Below are positions 63,571-64,000 of a stretch of 64,000 bases of DNA, piece by piece. The first letter of the stretch is position 1; every line of letters begins with the position of its first letter. Source of the stretch: a virus; IMG/VR virus record IMGVR_UViG_3300020601_000007, positions 32,001-96,000 of that record; one strand, 5' to 3'. Both the position numbers and the translations under genes were made by a program. The notes beneath the pieces were generated by a model. That model had not been told where the DNA came from, ran no database searches, and saw only the letters and a list, made by a program, of their open reading frames with translations.

Positions 63571-64000
63571 TCACTTCCTTTTGTAATACCGTCCTCGGTT
63601 CTTCCGGCGGATGCGGAAGAGAGAACGCTTCTTCGGGTTCTCTGCATAGATGGGCTCACCGTAAAGGGCGATGAACTTCTCCCATGCTGCCTTGATTTTC
63701 TTGTTGGCCGTGAATGGTTTGATGGTCGAATACGAGCGACCGGTGTCTTTGTCGGTCACCCGAGCCTTCTTGAAAAGGATTTTTCCTGCTTTGCCCTTCT
63801 TGCGTGGCAACTGAATAATCCAAGGCATGCGTGTGCCACTGTCCTTGTGTTCGGCTTTCCAAGCAACGTAGCCAGCGTCCTCGAAGCCACCGAGCAAATC
63901 ACGAAGACCTGTGTTGTCTGTCCCCGGTTTGCCAGCGATGGCCATCGTTCCCTTGGAACGCTTGGCGTTCTTCTTTTCTGCCGCAGTGAACTTGAACTGT
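63571..64000 (-). CDS. Basic protein, 5'-truncated by the window edge
   Basis: Frame is open to the window end; ends YAENP followed by a K/R-rich tail. Confidence 0.7.
   Translation of the reverse strand, partial: QFKFTAAEKKNAKRSKGTMAIAGKPGTDNTGLRDLLGGFEDAGYVAWKAEHKDSGTRMPWIIQLPRKKGKAGKILFKKARVTDKDTGRSYSTIKPFTANKKIKAAWEKFIALYGEPIYAENPKKRSLFRIRRKNRGRYYKRK

Noticed and set aside
1-64000. Cellular archaeal chromosome segment
   Set aside because: No ribosomal or metabolic operons, broken rpo operon synteny, very divergent core genes, dense ORFans and a virion module

Overview
This window looks like part of a large, gene-dense archaeal virus genome, not a cellular chromosome. The host is probably a marine euryarchaeon or Thermoplasmatota member. 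That host call is an inference from the archaeal-type Rpo5/Rpo1, the thermosome, tRNA-Arg(GCG), TATA-like promoters and GGAGG/GGTGA RBSs. Left part (1-19.4 kb): information-processing genes, namely Rpo5, a fused and divergent Rpo1 (A'+A''), RNase HI, PolB with an FGHTDS motif C, two serine recombinases (one lacking the catalytic Ser), an adenine MTase, tRNA-Arg, GIY-YIG and PD-(D/E)XK nucleases, and many small Zn-finger/wHTH ORFs. Right part (19.4-64 kb, almost all minus strand): a morphogenesis/virion region with a Ras-like small GTPase cluster, thermosome, beta-rich capsid candidates, a protamine-like membrane protein, and an A32/FtsK-HerA-type ATPase flanked by three metal-dependent peptidase/hydrolase candidates, followed by very large multidomain proteins. 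No terminase, portal or HK97 capsid was recognised, so a tailless, membrane-containing virion is inferred. Most striking pattern: in the 2955-aa and 829-aa proteins nearly every domain boundary is an Asn-Pro (NP) dipeptide, and one NP-to-NP module is duplicated between the two genes. This suggests an NP-delimited modular polyprotein or virion-cargo system. A second, weaker G-[LM]-G linker motif marks the small membrane/structural proteins. All family assignments are from motifs read by eye; no database searches were run.
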